Below are positions 28,416 through 38,315 of a stretch of DNA of 64,000 nucleotides, in pieces. A program made the translations under genes and the position numbers. The stretch is taken from positions 2,112,001 to 2,176,000 of the forward strand of contig OZ243972.1 in NCBI GenBank assembly GCA_965214705.1. The letters are read 5' to 3'. Each line of letters begins with the position of its first letter. Within the stretch, counting starts at the first letter, position 1. Under the pieces are notes generated by a model that was not told the origin of the DNA, ran no database searches, and was given only the letters and a program-made list of their open reading frames with translations. The stretch comes from Alphaproteobacteria bacterium. Lineage in GTDB: Bacteria; Pseudomonadota; Alphaproteobacteria; UBA828.

Positions 28416-29588
28416 GGCGAGAACATTACACGAACAACTCGTCCCTGCCAACCCAAACACAAGATGTCGTCAAACCGGGGTCAAGGGGATAAGCCTTTAA
28501 CGGGATAGCTGAGGTCGCCCATGAGCAGCGCCCGGCCGGTAGTCGCGCCGTTGTACAGGGAGATCTGGAACGCCAGACTGCAGTCGTTGCGGTCGCCGAA
28601 GCTGTCGTCTTTGAACGGGGCATGTACGAACGCCTCGAATGCATGGGAGACGTCCTCACCATCGAGGGTCGTGATGACCTGGCCCGGTACGGTCAGCAGC
28701 TCTTCCGGAAAGCCGTGGAATTCGGGTTCCTGCAATAATTCGTCGTAACCGATGATGCGAATGCGATCCCCTCGCCCTGGGTCGCCGCGTGCATCGATGG
28801 CGGCTTGGACACGGCGCATCGCCTCGTCGTGAAAGGCTTGCGCGTCGTCGCAGAGGTCGTCGTTCTCGCGGTATTCCCGGAACGTGCGTGGGGACATCCA
28901 GAGCTCGGAGATGATCACGCGCCCGTTCAGTTCCTCGAATCCCTGGCAATGATCGAGGTCTGGGTGAGTGAGCGCGAATACCGACAGGTAGGGCCGGTCG
29001 CCAAGTGTCGGCAAGATGTCGATGAGTTCGTCGATCACCGGCCAGGCCGGGTCATCGCCGTCCTCGGATTTAGCCATGTGGCGCAGGTCGACCTGAAGGT
29101 AGACGGTATCGGCCACCCGGACGGTGGTGCTGTCGCCAGTGCCGACCGGCCAGAAGATGAAGCCTTGGTCAGGGGGTTGGATGGCCATGTGTGGCAGTCC
29201 TTTGGTTTGTTGTCGAACGAGCCCATGTTGGGGCTGAAGATTCTCCAAAACCCTACATGTTGGGTTTTCCTAGCGGATTTCAAGTGTGACGTTGAAGAGG
29301 CGGGACGGGACCCGGGGCAGTGCTCGAACCATGTCGGCAGGGCGCCGACATCGCAAGGGCGCGGAAGGATATCGGGGCTGGAAACGGAGGAGATACGGGG
29401 GTCGAGGAGGCTGGATCGAGTCCTCGGGCTTGCACAGAAGCGGTTCGCGATGGCAGGCGGGCCGTCTTCGGAGGTGGCGCTAAGCTGTGGGAAGTGTGGC
29501 GAAGACGCTGTTGGAGATGGCCGTGCAGCCGTTGCGACCGCGAACTTTGCCGATTCGGGCACTCGGGCCCAAGCTTCGGATCGCTAGA

Positions 29589-30041
29589 CTACGGATGCGC
29601 CCGATAGCCGGCGGACCCGTCGTCGCCTCCGCGGGTCTCCGGCTCGTCCCCGGCATAGGCATCCAACTCGATCACGTTGCGGTCGGGATCACGGATGAAG
29701 ACTGCGCGCAGATCCTTGAACGGGAACTGGCCGCTCGACGGGATGTCGCGCTCGGCGAGGAAACGCGTGGCGGCGTCGATAGAGGCGACCTTGAACGAGA
29801 CGTGGGTGATTCCGGGGTGCTTTTCGTCCACATCCATGAGAATGTTCCCGTCGTTCGGCGTGTCGGCCGGCCCGAGCAGGTTGAGAACAACACCGCAGGG
29901 ATGCCGCATGATGATTGGATGACGCTTGTCGAATCCCGTGTCGGAGAGCGTCCGGAAGCCCAGCCGTTCGTGGAAGGCGATGGAAACGGACCTGTCGCTG
30001 ACCCGGATGCCGATGTGGTCGACCTTCTCGATCTCAAGCAT
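29589..30041 (-). CDS. VOC/glyoxalase-family protein
   Basis: DHIGIRV, HVSFKV, FIRDPDRNVIEL. Confidence 0.9.
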   Translation of the reverse strand: MLEIEKVDHIGIRVSDRSVSIAFHERLGFRTLSDTGFDKRHPIIMRHPCGVVLNLLGPADTPNDGNILMDVDEKHPGITHVSFKVASIDAATRFLAERDIPSSGQFPFKDLRAVFIRDPDRNVIELDAYAGDEPETRGGDDGSAGYRAHP

Positions 30042-30378
30042 TTCGTGGGCGCCCTTGCCTGGCGGGTGGCACTACGCGAAGGGTAGGTGCGCCGGCAGGT
30101 GGCGGAGGGACGCTGCCAGGTCTCGGCCGGCGCGTGCTTTCGGCCTAGTGGCGCTCGTTCAACTCCCGTCTCACTTCATCGGTGTCCACGACGCTTCGCA
30201 GGCCCTTGTCACACGGATCTTGTAGCACGTTCGCGCACCCAGCCATGGGAGGTCGAGCCGAGGGGTGGGAGGCTGTTCTGGTTGACGCCGCAGCGTCCGC
30301 GGTCCGATCAAAGCGCGCCGTGCATGTGCCGGGCGCGGGGCGCGATATTCGACCCAAGACCGTCACCCACCGCAAACC

Positions 30379-31536
30379 TCATGGACAGAGGTACACCGCC
30401 CATTGCTCCATCAGCGCGCGGCGCCGCTCGAACAGGTCCGACCGCGCATAGGCCGCTTCGGTCTTGTTGCGCACCACATGCGCAAGGGCGGCCTCGATCA
30501 CCGCGTGCGGGGCGTCGGACTGCTCGCCGCACCAATCGCGAAACGCCGAGCGCATCCCGTGCGGCGTCGCCTTCGCCTCGCCCAGCCTGCGCATGGTGCG
30601 CAGCAGCGCCATCTGACTCAACTCCGCGCCGCCGGTGCCCGGAAACACCCATTGGGAGCCGTGGCGGGGAAGCCCGCGCACTTCGTCGATAATCGCCACC
30701 GCGCGCTCCGCGAGCGGCACCCGATGCTCCCGCACCATCTTCATCCGAGCCGCGGGCACCGTCCATGTCCGGGTGTCCATGTCCACCTCGTCCCAGGTCA
30801 TCAGCCGCACCTCGCTCGTGCGCGCCGCGGTCAGAGTGAGAAACTCCAGCGCGAGCCGTCGCGGCAGCGGAACCGCCGCTTCTTGCAGGCATACGAGAAA
30901 CGCGCCGACCTGCGCGTACGGCATCGCCTCATGATGTTTCTCTTCCCCCTTGTATCTGGGCAGAACGCTCGTCACGTTCGCCGTCGGGTCGTCCGAGCGA
31001 TGCCCCTCGGCGATTGCCCATTGGAATACCGAGCTCATGCGTTGCAGCACCCGCTTGGCGGTGGGCGGCTTCTCGTTCCACAGCGGCGTGAGCACCAGGA
31101 GCATTTCGCTGGTGGTGAGGGTGTCGACACCTCGGCTTCCGATGTGCGGGAAGACGTAGAGACGCATCGTCTGGCGCCACGAAATCTGCGAAGTCGGGCT
31201 CTTCCATGCCGGAGCCTTCACGGCGAGGACGGCCTCGAACGCCTCCGCGAAGGTTGGCGCGGCCGCGGCGGGCCGGGCGCGCGGGTCGCCGCCGGAACGG
31301 GCGATGCGACGGTTGTCCAGAGCGCGCTCGCGCGCATCGGCTAGCCCTACGAGTGGATAGGCCCCGAGACCGAGGTCGCGGCGCCGGCCGTGGATGACGA
31401 GGCGTTGGACCCAGGATTTCGAGACCCATCGCTTGCGCTCGGAGCGGACGACACGCAGGATCAGTCCATGTTCGTCGTGGTACTTGCCTGGAGCGTTGAC
31501 GGTGCGCACGAAGGCGGCGGTGAGCTGTTTGGCCAA
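30379..31536 (-). CDS. P4-type tyrosine integrase with arm-binding N-terminal domain
   Basis: PGKYHDEHGL...LGLGAYP...LADAR; TAARTSE, HGMRS, LAH, AAYARS. Confidence 0.92.
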   Translation of the reverse strand: MAKQLTAAFVRTVNAPGKYHDEHGLILRVVRSERKRWVSKSWVQRLVIHGRRRDLGLGAYPLVGLADARERALDNRRIARSGGDPRARPAAAAPTFAEAFEAVLAVKAPAWKSPTSQISWRQTMRLYVFPHIGSRGVDTLTTSEMLLVLTPLWNEKPPTAKRVLQRMSSVFQWAIAEGHRSDDPTANVTSVLPRYKGEEKHHEAMPYAQVGAFLVCLQEAAVPLPRRLALEFLTLTAARTSEVRLMTWDEVDMDTRTWTVPAARMKMVREHRVPLAERAVAIIDEVRGLPRHGSQWVFPGTGGAELSQMALLRTMRRLGEAKATPHGMRSAFRDWCGEQSDAPHAVIEAALAHVVRNKTEAAYARSDLFERRRALMEQWAVYLCP

Positions 31537-32284
31537 GAGTCTGTCCCTGTTTCTGTCCCACTCAAGAGATGAGACTAGCGGAGCATTTGGGTAACTGCAA
31601 GAACCGCGTTTGGAGATATCCTACTGATAACGTTATATATTATCTGACGCGGGACACGACATGAAACGCCACAGATTCGCGTGATGTGCGCTAGCCCGGA
31701 TTTCTCACGAGTATGGTGTGCATCGGGGCTCTGCACGTGCGAAAGCTCTTCTGCAACAAAGACTTCACCGGCTGCAGAGGAGTTCCCCGATGCCCGCAGA
31801 GTGTAGTCCTCCCGCGATGCAGTTTGCACGCCTGAACGGGCGTGATGTGGTGGCCGACTTCGGCGGCGGGGTGATGACCTCGGACGCGGGCGCCCTGCTG
31901 CTAGGCGCCACGGACCGGGCGATCGGACTGGTGGATTGCTTCGCCGCCTGCTTCTCGGACGGGCGCGCGGCCTCTCGTGTGGTGCACGACGTTGCCACCC
32001 TGGTGGGCCAGCGGGTGTTCGGGATCGCGCTGGGCTACGAGGACTTGATCGACCACGACGCGCTGCGCCACGACCCCGTGCTGGGGGTGGTGCTGGGGCG
32101 TCTGGAGGCCGGGCGTGCGGGCTGTGCGCCGCTTGCCGGCAAGTCGACGCTGAACCGGCTGGAGCACGCGCCTTCGGGCGCCCATCGCTATCGCCGGATC
32201 GGTCATGAGCCTGAGGCGATCGAGAGGGGTTTAGTCCCGAAAGTAACCGTTGTCCCGCATTCGACCCGGTCGACTAAGTAGGAT

Positions 32285-32524
32285 TCATGACGAAACCGAC
32301 TCAAGCTGCCGAACCTTGTCCCGCATCCAGTTCAGAAACAGGGAACGACTCACCCAATAGTGGCGAGACTCCTCATTCGGGTTCTGGATCTCTAGAAGTA
32401 ATGTATTTGGGGGAAATTCCGGCAGAAGAAGGTCTATCTTCTGTGGAGTTGTTGTATAAGCACTATGGGATTCGAGCCAAGATTTTGTAACAGGCTCGAT
32501 TTTATTTTCCGGTTCGATGGCCAT
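32285..32524 (-). CDS. Hypothetical protein (79 aa), passenger
   Basis: GAGGAG RBS; lower GC than the flanks. Confidence 0.6.
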   Translation of the reverse strand: MAIEPENKIEPVTKSWLESHSAYTTTPQKIDLLLPEFPPNTLLLEIQNPNEESRHYWVSRSLFLNWMRDKVRQLESVSS

Positions 32525-32545
32525 TACAGTCTCCTCACAAGTCGG

Positions 32546-32656
32546 TCACCCCGAGGCTACCACGACGACGGCTCCGGCCAGCAGCATCGCGGCTAGGATC
32601 CCCACCACGGGGTAGACGACCCAGTGCCACCAACGGGAGCGGGGCAGGAGGTTCAT
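32546..32656 (-). CDS. Small membrane peptide (36 aa), passenger
   Basis: MNLLPRSRWWHWVVYPVVGILAAMLLAGAVVVVASG; ATGA overlap with the upstream ORF and a GGAGG RBS. Confidence 0.5.
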   Translation of the reverse strand: MNLLPRSRWWHWVVYPVVGILAAMLLAGAVVVVASG

Positions 32657-32985
32657 ATGCCCTCCTCGTGCTCCCGGGCCAACTCCCGGTACCGATCCGA
32701 CAGCCCCCGGTACCGGGCGGAGAGGTCGGTGTAGGGCTGCGCCGTCCGGGCCACGGGCACCCGCTCCCCGTCGGAGAACTCGGTGTCCTCGACCCCGTCC
32801 AACGAATCGATCAACAGGCACATCGCCCGCGCGATCCAGACGTGCGCCGCCTGCCACGGGGGCAGCGCGTCCCCGCCATCATCCCCGTTACCGGCCGCCC
32901 GCGTGACCTCGTCCAACGTGCGGTCCGCCCGCGCCAAGTCGTGCAACGCCGCCTCGATCCCCAACCGCATCCTCTCGTCGCTCAT
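32653..32985 (-). CDS. Hypothetical protein (110 aa), passenger
   Basis: GGAGG RBS before MSDERMRLG. Confidence 0.6.
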   Translation of the reverse strand: MSDERMRLGIEAALHDLARADRTLDEVTRAAGNGDDGGDALPPWQAAHVWIARAMCLLIDSLDGVEDTEFSDGERVPVARTAQPYTDLSARYRGLSDRYRELAREHEEGI

Positions 32986-33186
32986 CCCGCGTCCTCCCCC
33001 GTGGTCCCGGCGCTGGTGCCGGGCCGTTGAAGACAACGCACACGGGTGTGGCTGACCCCGCCTATTCACCGGGTGGTGGGAGCTACCCTCCACCGGGTCT
33101 CAGGCTTATTCAGCGGGCGACCCGGCAGAGCGGGTGCCCGTGTGGTTGTCTTCAGGGACGGAGGCTAGATAGGGGAGGATGAGGCG

Positions 33187-34164
33187 TCAAGCCGCGTCGT
33201 CGGGACGGACGAGGTCCTCCCACCGCAGCCGCTTGCCTGCCATGTTGGCGGCCAGGTCCCCCATCATGGCCAGGGTGTCGGCCTCGCGCCCGTTGTGGCG
33301 CTGGGCGAACTCGGTCACGTACCGGTCGCAGTGCTTCTCGCTGAAGTGGTGGAAGGTGCCTTGGTAGCCGCGCTTGAGGATCGCCCAGAACGACTCGATG
33401 CCGTTGGTGTGGGCCATGTGCCGCACGTACTCGCCGGCGGAGTGGTTGACCGCCTCGTGGTCCTCCCGGAGCCCTCGGTACGCGCGCCACTCGTCCGTGT
33501 ACAGGGTCGCGTCCGGGGTGGCCACGTCGTCGACGAAGCCCCTCAGCGTCAGGCGAGTGGCGTCGGGGATGGTGCGGGCGCGCACCTTACCGGTCTCCCG
33601 GTCCCTGGCGCCCACGACGGTCGTCATGGCCTCGGACCCGCCACCCCCGAACCGTTCCCGCATCTCCCGCCGCTTGGCCGCGTGCATGTTCTTGCGCTTG
33701 CCGCCTATGTGGGTCTCGTCCACCTCGAGGGTGCCGAACGCTTGAGTCTCACGCTCGCCCCATGCCTTCCGGATTCGATGGCACATGTGCCACGCGTGCC
33801 GTTGGGTGATGCCCAGGTCCCGATGGACCTTCATCGAGGCTATCCCCTTGAGACTCGTGGTGAAAAGGTAGATCGCAATTGCCCATTTCTGGTATCCGAG
33901 CTTGCTCGAGTGCATCACGGTCCCGGTCCTCAGCGAGAAGAGAGGGCGACCGGGACAGTCCCGACACCGGTGCGTCTGATTCCGATGCCCCGCCACCTCG
34001 GTGACGTTGAACGAGCCGCATCGAGGGCAGTACGGTCCGTCCGGCCAAAGCCGAGACTTGAACCACCGTTGTGCCGCCTCATCGTCCGGGAACATCGCGA
34101 TGATCTGTACGAGGGTGATGCCCTCGCGGTAGCCCCTACCGGGACCCTTCCGCTGTTTCGACAT
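33187..34164 (-). CDS. IS1595-family transposase
   Basis: CPRC...CRDC, EVDETH, YTDEW, NGIESFW. Confidence 0.92.
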   Translation of the reverse strand: MSKQRKGPGRGYREGITLVQIIAMFPDDEAAQRWFKSRLWPDGPYCPRCGSFNVTEVAGHRNQTHRCRDCPGRPLFSLRTGTVMHSSKLGYQKWAIAIYLFTTSLKGIASMKVHRDLGITQRHAWHMCHRIRKAWGERETQAFGTLEVDETHIGGKRKNMHAAKRREMRERFGGGGSEAMTTVVGARDRETGKVRARTIPDATRLTLRGFVDDVATPDATLYTDEWRAYRGLREDHEAVNHSAGEYVRHMAHTNGIESFWAILKRGYQGTFHHFSEKHCDRYVTEFAQRHNGREADTLAMMGDLAANMAGKRLRWEDLVRPDDAA

Positions 34165-35830
34165 GGTGCCAGATCCCCATCTGCATCATACGAAGATACT
34201 ACTACAAAAAGTGTTCCGAGTCAACTCCTTAGTCGATTCCGGGTTGACTCGGACTCGTGGGGATGCATGATGGGGGTAACGGTGGTGCTCGAATCCAAAC
34301 GGATCCGAAGAGCGGGCGGACGAAGCGTCTCGACATGGGCGCATGATCCCCATCATGGTCCGGCCGTGCCGTGCTTAGGACACGGCACCACCGTCCAGCC
34401 CCGCGTTATGCGGCGGGCAGGATTCCAATGACGAGGATCGAGAACTGGAAACGCGGCCGGTCGGCCGCGCCCAACGTCGATTGCGGCGGAGTCTCTCACG
34501 CCGAGTCGTCAGCGTCAACACTTTTCGGGGATCGGCGTCCGGGCCGCCAGATATGGTGGTCGACCGGGATGGAAACGCTAAATGCGGATCGCGCCTCGAT
34601 GATTGCGGTTACTTACGGGACTAAACCCCGATCGAGACGCTCTTCGTCGATCTCTTCCTCGACGCCCACGGGGAGGCCCCTGAGCGGTTGATCCTCGACC
34701 TCGACGCCACCGACGACCCGCTGCACGGCCATCAGGAAGGCCGCTTCTTCCACGGCTACTACGACTGCTACTGCTACCTGCCGCTCTACGTCTTCTGCGG
34801 CGATCACCTGCTGGCCGCCAAGCTGAGGCGGGCCGACATCGACGCCAGCGCCGGCGCGGCCGAAGAGGTGGCGCGCATCGTCGCGCGCATCCGCGCCCGC
34901 TGGCCGGCAGTGGAGATCGTGCTGCGCGCAGACTCTGGCTTCGCCCGCGAGGGACTGATGGCCTGGTGCGAGGCGAACGGGGTGGACTATGTCTTCGGGC
35001 TCGCCCGGAACCCGCGGCTCACGGACCGCCTGCAACCGGCCCTGGACCTGGCCGAAGCCCGCTCGCGGGAGAGCGGCCAGCCGGCGCGGCTGTTCACCGA
35101 GTTCCGCTACCGCACGTGCAAGACTTGGTCGCGCCCGCGCCGTGTCGTCGGCAAGGCGGAGTGGATGCCGGGCCGCGCCAACCCCCGCTTCGTCGTCACC
35201 TCGCTGAGCGCGGCCGCCATCGACCGGCGGGAACTCTACGAGACCCTCTACTGCGCCCGCGGCGACATGGAGAACCGCATCAAGGAGTGCCAACTCGACC
35301 TCTTCTCAGACCGCACCTCGGCACAGACCATGCGCGCCAACCAGCTCCGCCTCTGGTTCGCCGCCATGGCCTACGTGCTGCTCGCAGCGCTCAGGCGCAT
35401 CGCGCTCGCCGGAACTCGCCTTGCCCGCGCTACCTGCGGCTCGATCCGCCTCAAGCTGCTGAAGATCGGCGCCCAGGTCCGCCTGAGTACCCGCCGCATC
35501 CGCATCGCCATGGCCTCAGGCGCACCCCACGCGCCCGAGTTCGCACGCGCTCACGCCCGATTATGCACCTGAGCCGAGCCTCAGGCCCGCTGCCACCCTC
35601 CCGCCAACAACCAAAAACCCGCTCCAGCCTCAACCGCGCCCCCGGCGCCACCGCCACTCCTGCGTCATTACCCGGACCACACCGCAAGGCTACCAACCAA
35701 ACCCACGACAAACGCCAAACAACCCAACAATGGACGCTCGTGAGAAATCCGGGCTAGCGGTCTGCCCCTCAACCCCTGCGGCTACGTTCGACTCGAACAG
35801 CCCGGCGTCAAGCGAATCCGATCCTCTCAT

Positions 35831-37990
35831 CCCAAGTTGGCACTTTTTCCGACCAGCCGAGCCTGTTCGAGCCAGTTTTGCGGCGCTGAACCACTAGATG
35901 TTGGGGTTGGAGGACACCTGAGACCCACATTTGCCATTCGTGGTCCTGGAAGCCAATTGTGGGGCCAGGACTTTGGAGTTGAGTCGATATCCCTCTTGCC
36001 AGATGCCGCGAACGCCGTGTATGCGAAACAGGCATCGCAGAAACGGCGCCGCCATGTACATCAAGGCAACCAGGACACACACCGACAAGGCCGGCCAGCC
36101 GGTCCGAAGCCATCGCCTCGTGCTCGCCCAGCGCGTCGGCGACAAGGTGCGCCACAGGACGCTGCTCAATCTCGGCACCGACTATCCGGTGCCGCGCGAG
36201 AAGTGGAAGGCCGTCACCGAACTCGCCGAGGCGCTGCTTCACGGCAAGCCGCCGCTGTTCGAGGGCGAGGCGGATGTGCGGGCCGCAGCCGAGGACATCG
36301 TCGCCAAGCTCAGGGCCAGGGGGTTCCGCGTCGAGGCGATGCAGGAAGAGGCGCGCAAGCCCGACATCGCCACCGTCGACCTCGATACCCTGGAGCACGA
36401 GAACCCGCGCACGGTCGGCTGCGAGCGCCTGTGCCTCAAGGCCCTCGACGCCCTCGGCTTCGCCGAAATCCTCCACGGCCTCGACATCAAGGGCCGCGAC
36501 GGGCGCATCGCCAGCGCGCTGATCGTCGCCAGGATGGTCCATCCCGCCAGCGAGCGTGATACCAGCCGCTGGCTCCGCCACGACAGCGCGGCCGCCGAGC
36601 TCCTGGGCCTGGAGGGCGACCGCAAGGCGCTGCGGCGCAAGACGCTCTACCGCATCGGCGACCTGCTCTGGCGCCACCGCGCCGCCATCCAGCGGGAGCT
36701 GTTCAACCGTGAGCGCGCACTGCTCGACCTGCCCGAGACGATCGCCTTCTACGATCTCACCAACGTCCACTACCACGGCCACACGGGCGGCGAGCTTCCC
36801 AGGTTCGGGCGCTCCAAGCAGAAGCGCGACGACTGTCCCCTCATCACGCTGGCGCTGGCGCTCGACGGCGCGGGCTTCCCGCGCAGTTGCGAGATCCTGC
36901 CGGGCAACGTGAGCGAGCCGGGCACGCTGCACGAGGCGCTGGCGCGGCTCGAGGCGGTGTGCGGCGGCACGGCGCCGAAGCCCACGGTGGTCATGGACGC
37001 GGGCATCGCCACCGAGAAAAACATCGCGTGGCTGGGCGAGCAGGGCTACGACTGGATCGCGGTCAGCCGCGGTGCCAGGCCTGCGCCGCCCGAGGGCGGA
37101 CCCGAGGCCCTGCTGATCACCAGCGCGCGCCACGAGGTGCGGGCCTGGCGGCTTGCCAGCGAGGACGGCGAGGCGCGGCTCTACGTCGTCAGCGAGGGCA
37201 AGAAGAAGGCCGAGAACGCGATCATCGGCCTGAGGCGGAACCGCTTCGAGGCGGCGCTGGAAAGGCTCCACGGCGGCCTTGCGGTCAAGGGCCGCCTCAA
37301 GCGCTACGACAAGGTGCTGGAGAGCATAGGCCGCCTCAAGCAGCGCTTCTCCGCCGTCGCCAGGCACTACGAGATCACGGTCGAGAGGGCGAAAACCGGC
37401 CCCAATGCCACCGCCGTGCGCTTCAAGCGCAGGCCGCGATACGACGAGGCCGATGAGGGCGCCGGTGCCTATGTGCTGCGCACCAGCCACGTCGACTGGG
37501 ACATCGAGACGGTCCTGCGGACGTACTGGCGGATCACGGATATCGAGGCGACATTCCGGAGCCTGAAATCCGAGCTCGGCCTTCGCCCGATCTGGCACCA
37601 GCTCGACCGGCGCATCGCGGCCCACCTGCTGATCGCCGTGCTGGCCTACCACGCCGTGCATCTGATCCGTACCCGGCTGGCCGCGCGCGGCATCCACAAG
37701 TGCTGGGCGTCGATCCGCGAGAGCATGCGGACCTGGGTGCGGATCACCACGCGCCTGCGCCAGACCGACGGCACCTTGATCGTCAACCGCCAGGACACGC
37801 GCCCGGCCGCCGAGGTTGCCGCAATCTCCTCGGCGGCGGGCGTGGACCCCGCCATCCACCGCACGAGGACCCGTCTGATGAGCTGACAGAATCTCACAAA
37901 ATGTGGGGCCATGTTGGAATCGACCGAGAAAAATATCGCGTTGAATCAAACCAATAGGGAACACAGGCAGCGGAAAAGTGCCAACTTGGG
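35831..37990 (+). mobile_element. IS1634-family insertion sequence, copy 2
   Basis: Same IRs and length as copy 1; TSD TCAT. Confidence 0.9.
36054..37886 (+). CDS. IS1634-family transposase
   Basis: Identical to copy 1 except P>A. Confidence 0.88.
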   Translation: MYIKATRTHTDKAGQPVRSHRLVLAQRVGDKVRHRTLLNLGTDYPVPREKWKAVTELAEALLHGKPPLFEGEADVRAAAEDIVAKLRARGFRVEAMQEEARKPDIATVDLDTLEHENPRTVGCERLCLKALDALGFAEILHGLDIKGRDGRIASALIVARMVHPASERDTSRWLRHDSAAAELLGLEGDRKALRRKTLYRIGDLLWRHRAAIQRELFNRERALLDLPETIAFYDLTNVHYHGHTGGELPRFGRSKQKRDDCPLITLALALDGAGFPRSCEILPGNVSEPGTLHEALARLEAVCGGTAPKPTVVMDAGIATEKNIAWLGEQGYDWIAVSRGARPAPPEGGPEALLITSARHEVRAWRLASEDGEARLYVVSEGKKKAENAIIGLRRNRFEAALERLHGGLAVKGRLKRYDKVLESIGRLKQRFSAVARHYEITVERAKTGPNATAVRFKRRPRYDEADEGAGAYVLRTSHVDWDIETVLRTYWRITDIEATFRSLKSELGLRPIWHQLDRRIAAHLLIAVLAYHAVHLIRTRLAARGIHKCWASIRESMRTWVRITTRLRQTDGTLIVNRQDTRPAAEVAAISSAAGVDPAIHRTRTRLMS

Positions 37991-38315
37991 TCATGATCGT
38001 CAGATTGCCATGCGATACGCCGATCACGCCAGTGCCCATCTGCGCGACGTGACGCCGAGCGAATGCCGTGCGGCATTCGATCGGCCACAGGCTCCTGTGC
38101 CAACCGCCATTTCCGGCAGGCCCAGCCCGACTTACTCCCTCCAGGTCGTCGTCCGGCCATTGGGAGACTCAAGTCTCCGTCGCCGTCCCTAGGACGCTGA
38201 GTTCGGGAACCAGAGCAAAGAGCCAGCAAGGGACAATTCAGTCGTTGCGCGGGGAACTCGGTCGGCCGCGAACAGACTTGGAAGCCACCACCACTGCGGC
38301 GCAGCGGCTCAGTCG

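Larger units (their letters stand above)
25522..28497 (-). mobile_element. IS1595-family composite: MITE + captured fragment + full IS
   Basis: Outer IRs AAGGCTTATCCC / GGGATAAGCCTT; 8-bp TSD TAACGGGA at 25514-25521 and 28498-28505. Confidence 0.88.
25050..29188 (-). pseudogene. Metallo-beta-lactamase-fold protein (384 aa restored), split by an IS1595 composite
   Basis: 29188-28498 (VGTGDS, THPDLDH, MGDLSYPV) joins in frame to 25513-25050 (IRRIFD...APHHCSK...VGFGRGRQ); stop overlaps the E2-E1 start. Confidence 0.88.
32226..34629 (-). mobile_element. IS1595-family element with passenger ORFs (2404 bp)
   Basis: IR GGGGTTTAGTCCCG(A/T)AAGTAACCG; 8-bp TSD GATCGAGA. Confidence 0.9.
31790..35572 (+). 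pseudogene. IS1380-family transposase, split
   Basis: 31790-32225 joins in frame to 34638-35572 (EAIETLFVDLF...LDLDATDD, RADSGF, MENRIKE). Confidence 0.9.
31695..35753 (+). mobile_element. IS1380-family element interrupted by an IS1595 element
   Basis: IR CCCGGATTTCTCACGAG; TSD CTAG. Confidence 0.9.

Noticed and set aside
35780-35800. GTTCGACTC as a tRNA T-loop
   Set aside because: No flanking stem or cloverleaf is apparent
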